Source: an uncultured Candidatus Saccharibacteria bacterium (GTDB lineage: Bacteria; Patescibacteriota; Saccharimonadia; Saccharimonadales; Saccharimonadaceae). From it: DNA of 57,861 bases. The notes below the pieces were generated by a model, which was not told where the DNA came from, did not search any database, and was given only the letters and a program-made list of their open reading frames with translations. The position numbers and the translations under genes were made by a program. How positions within the stretch are numbered: the stretch's first letter is position 1; each line of letters starts with the position of its first letter. The stretch lies in NCBI GenBank assembly GCA_963532195.1, contig CAUSKH010000001.1, forward strand, positions 1 to 57,861, read 5' to 3'. Below are positions 57,848 through 57,861 of this stretch, in pieces.

Positions 57848-57861
57848 ACGAGAGGCGACAT

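Overview
Chromosomal origin region of a small-genome Patescibacteria (CPR) bacterium, most likely Saccharibacteria/TM7. This assignment is inferred from gene content and protein style; the genetic code is standard code 11. The core is recF-dnaN-dnaA <oriC> rpmH-rnpA-yidC-jag, with DnaA-box clusters on both sides of dnaA. To the left are CIRCE-controlled groES-groEL, PGI/PMI and a dispersed type IV secretion-like set (VirB6-like, PrgI/VirB3-like, VirB4 accessory protein, VirB4) co-oriented with a DAG-kinase-family gene. Also on the left are orphan membrane proteins and a truncated protein with 16-aa NPW repeats. To the right is a ~19.5 kb surface-glycan locus: GtrA/GtrB, GT2s, Wzm/Wzt, an actinobacterial-type Glf, an acyltransferase, DUF4422-GT8, an LGFP-repeat protein, GT4, a ligase/polymerase-like protein, a priming transferase and LCP. 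It is followed by trmB, mscS, recX-recA, tsaB, rny, a GNAT gene, two CAU tRNAs, tilS, an ABC pair, ftsH, murJ and lepA. The most striking non-gene pattern is that about 15 genes have a (TGn)TAnnnT -10 box only 5-9 nt before an SD-less ATG, suggesting widespread leaderless mRNAs. The initiator tRNA also lacks one of the canonical three G-C anticodon-stem pairs. No CRISPR array, rRNA, transposase or integrase was seen. All homology calls come from motif recognition by eye, not database searches.
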